DNA of 64,000 nt from Alphaproteobacteria bacterium (GTDB lineage Bacteria > Pseudomonadota > Alphaproteobacteria > MPNO01 > UBA830), in assembly GCA_965243135.1 (NCBI GenBank), contig OZ251539.1, forward strand, positions 3,552,001 through 3,616,000. Direction: 5' to 3'. Positions within the stretch are counted from its first letter, which is position 1, and each line of letters opens with the position of its first letter. Positions 62,363 to 64,000 of the stretch are shown one piece after another. The position numbers and the translations under genes were made by a program. The notes below the pieces were generated by a model. The model was not told the DNA's origin. It saw only the letters and a program-made list of their open reading frames with translations, and did not search any database.

Positions 62363-63742
62363 TCAGAGGGCCGGGCGCGCGGAGAACCCGACGATTTGCT
62401 CGACCCTTTCCGCGACAGCGAGCAATTTCCCGTCCGAACCCGCCGGACCGTCGAGTTCCATGCCCACGGGCAACCCGCCCGGCGTCAGGCCGACGGGAAG
62501 GCTGACGCCGGGAATTCCCGCATTGCTGCCGGGATCGGTGTTGCGGATGTACGTTTCGAAAGTCGGCGCCCGCCTCCCGTTGAGTTCGACCGTCTCGTCG
62601 TCGCCGATCGGCCGCGCCGATATCGGAGACGTGGGGAAAATCATGGCGTCGACCTCCTCGAAGCAACCGTGGTAGGCCATCTGCAGCCTCGGCCGCGCGA
62701 CGTTGAGGGCGTGCAAGTACGCCTCTTCGGGAACACCGCCCTTGCCGATCTGCGCTCCGAAAATCGCCTTGACGTCCGCGCTGCCGATGCCGTTCAGCAC
62801 GTCCCGCATCGACAGCCCGATGCCGCTCTCGGCGAAATAACGCGGCAGGTCGCGCGCGAACTCGAACAGCGCGACTGGAAAGCCCACCTCGGCGTTGAGG
62901 TCCGCGAGGGCGGGCACGCGAAGCTCCACGAGCCGAATTCCGGAGTTCGCGAGCAGGTCCAGCACCCGCTCCGCTTCATCCGACACCGCAGGCTCCAGAT
63001 CGCCGTAGAATTGCTCTCTGGGGACGCCGAGACTGATCCGCCGGGGCGCCCGTCGGTCACGCGCCCTGCCCGCCATCGCCGAGTCCAGCAGGCGGACATC
63101 GGCGACGCTGCGCGCCATCGGGCCGGCGGTATCCCGCGTATGCGAAATTGGAACGATTCCGGCGCCCGAATAGCGGCCGACCGTAGGTCGGAACCCGACG
63201 ATGCCGCAGAGGGCCGCCGGCAGGCGAACGGAGGCGCCGGTGTCCGTCCCGATTCCGCCGGGCATCATGCGCGCGGCCACGGCGACCGCCACCCCGCCGC
63301 TCGAACCCCCGGGGATCATCGATGGATCGTAAGGATTGCGCGCCGCGCCGGTCACGGCGTTGTTGTTCGTAACTCCGAACGCGAGTTCGTGCATGTTGCC
63401 CTTGCCGCCGAGCAGCGCGCCGGCATTGAACAACGCCGCAGCGACGGGCGCGTTTCCGGACGCGACGAAATTCTTCAGCGCGCCGGTCGCGGCGCCGGTC
63501 GGAAGCGCCGCCGTATTGATGTTGTCCTTGAAAACCAGGGGGATCCCTCCGAGCGGCAGCCCGGCGTCCGCTTCTTCGGCCGCCTCCATCAGGGCGTCCC
63601 AGTCGCAGGAAACCAAGGCGTTGAGCCCAACCTGCGCATCGCATCGTTCGATCAGCGCTTCCGCATATTCGCGGGCGGAAACCTTGTCGCCTCTCAGCGC
63701 CGCCAACGCTTCCAGGATGGTCAGTTCGGTCAGGTCCGGCAT
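62363..63742 (-). CDS. amidase-signature family hydrolase (IaaH/mandelamide hydrolase-like)
   Basis: KDNI, GKGNMHELAFG, PGGSSGG, GTDTGASVRLPA. Confidence 0.92.
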   Translation of the reverse strand: MPDLTELTILEALAALRGDKVSAREYAEALIERCDAQVGLNALVSCDWDALMEAAEEADAGLPLGGIPLVFKDNINTAALPTGAATGALKNFVASGNAPVAAALFNAGALLGGKGNMHELAFGVTNNNAVTGAARNPYDPSMIPGGSSGGVAVAVAARMMPGGIGTDTGASVRLPAALCGIVGFRPTVGRYSGAGIVPISHTRDTAGPMARSVADVRLLDSAMAGRARDRRAPRRISLGVPREQFYGDLEPAVSDEAERVLDLLANSGIRLVELRVPALADLNAEVGFPVALFEFARDLPRYFAESGIGLSMRDVLNGIGSADVKAIFGAQIGKGGVPEEAYLHALNVARPRLQMAYHGCFEEVDAMIFPTSPISARPIGDDETVELNGRRAPTFETYIRNTDPGSNAGIPGVSLPVGLTPGGLPVGMELDGPAGSDGKLLAVAERVEQIVGFSARPAL

Positions 63743-64000
63743 CCGCTTCTCCCGCCATTTTTCGGTCATCATGGCCGTTCGGCTCGAACGTCGTCAATCC
63801 GAATCCCGCGAATCGCCGTTCTCGCCGCGTCGCCGGGATCTCGCCATCGCTCCGCCAACGCGGCTGCGGGCCCGCTCGTGGGCGGCCCGAAGGCGCGGGA
63901 TCCGGAGTTCGCTGCAGATCCGGCTTCCCCTCGACTTCGGGTCGCCGTCCGGAAAAACATTGCGAAGCCGAGCTCTCGCGCGCGGAGCGGCCGCGCGCCA

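Overview
GC-rich alphaproteobacterial (Rhodospirillales-like) chromosome segment. Intact housekeeping and metabolic blocks: DUF62, TauE, a BacNav channel, a flavin monooxygenase, Sel1, acuI; lpxL, GT2, GT25, ygfZ; ppdK-glyS-glyQ-S49-methyltransferase-ispB; GcvT-family enzymes, a TRAP transporter and an amidase. Between them lie two decayed accessory zones (about 8.7-29.2 kb and 40.4-56.5 kb). These hold IS remnants (IS30, IS110/IS1111, IS4, ISKra4, IS66, IS630, IS256, possibly ISL3), toxin-antitoxin genes and putative defence genes: a 1352-aa HigA-HTH/nuclease-like fusion, RloAB/AbiL-like, a decayed Menshen-like locus, and a SIR2-like gene coupled to an orphan at the left edge. Best finding: an IS1111-type element (11084-12356) sits precisely inside an IS30-family terminal inverted repeat. 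Its 3' non-coding region carries a 9-nt match to that target beside a hairpin (candidate bridge/seek RNA), and a second diverged IS1111 end abuts the same IS30 half-site at 23.77 kb. Two TSD-bounded IS66 elements also carry a translationally coupled DUF4338/DruA-like gene instead of tnpA/tnpB. No rRNA, tRNA or CRISPR array was seen. All family calls come from motif recognition by eye, without database searches.
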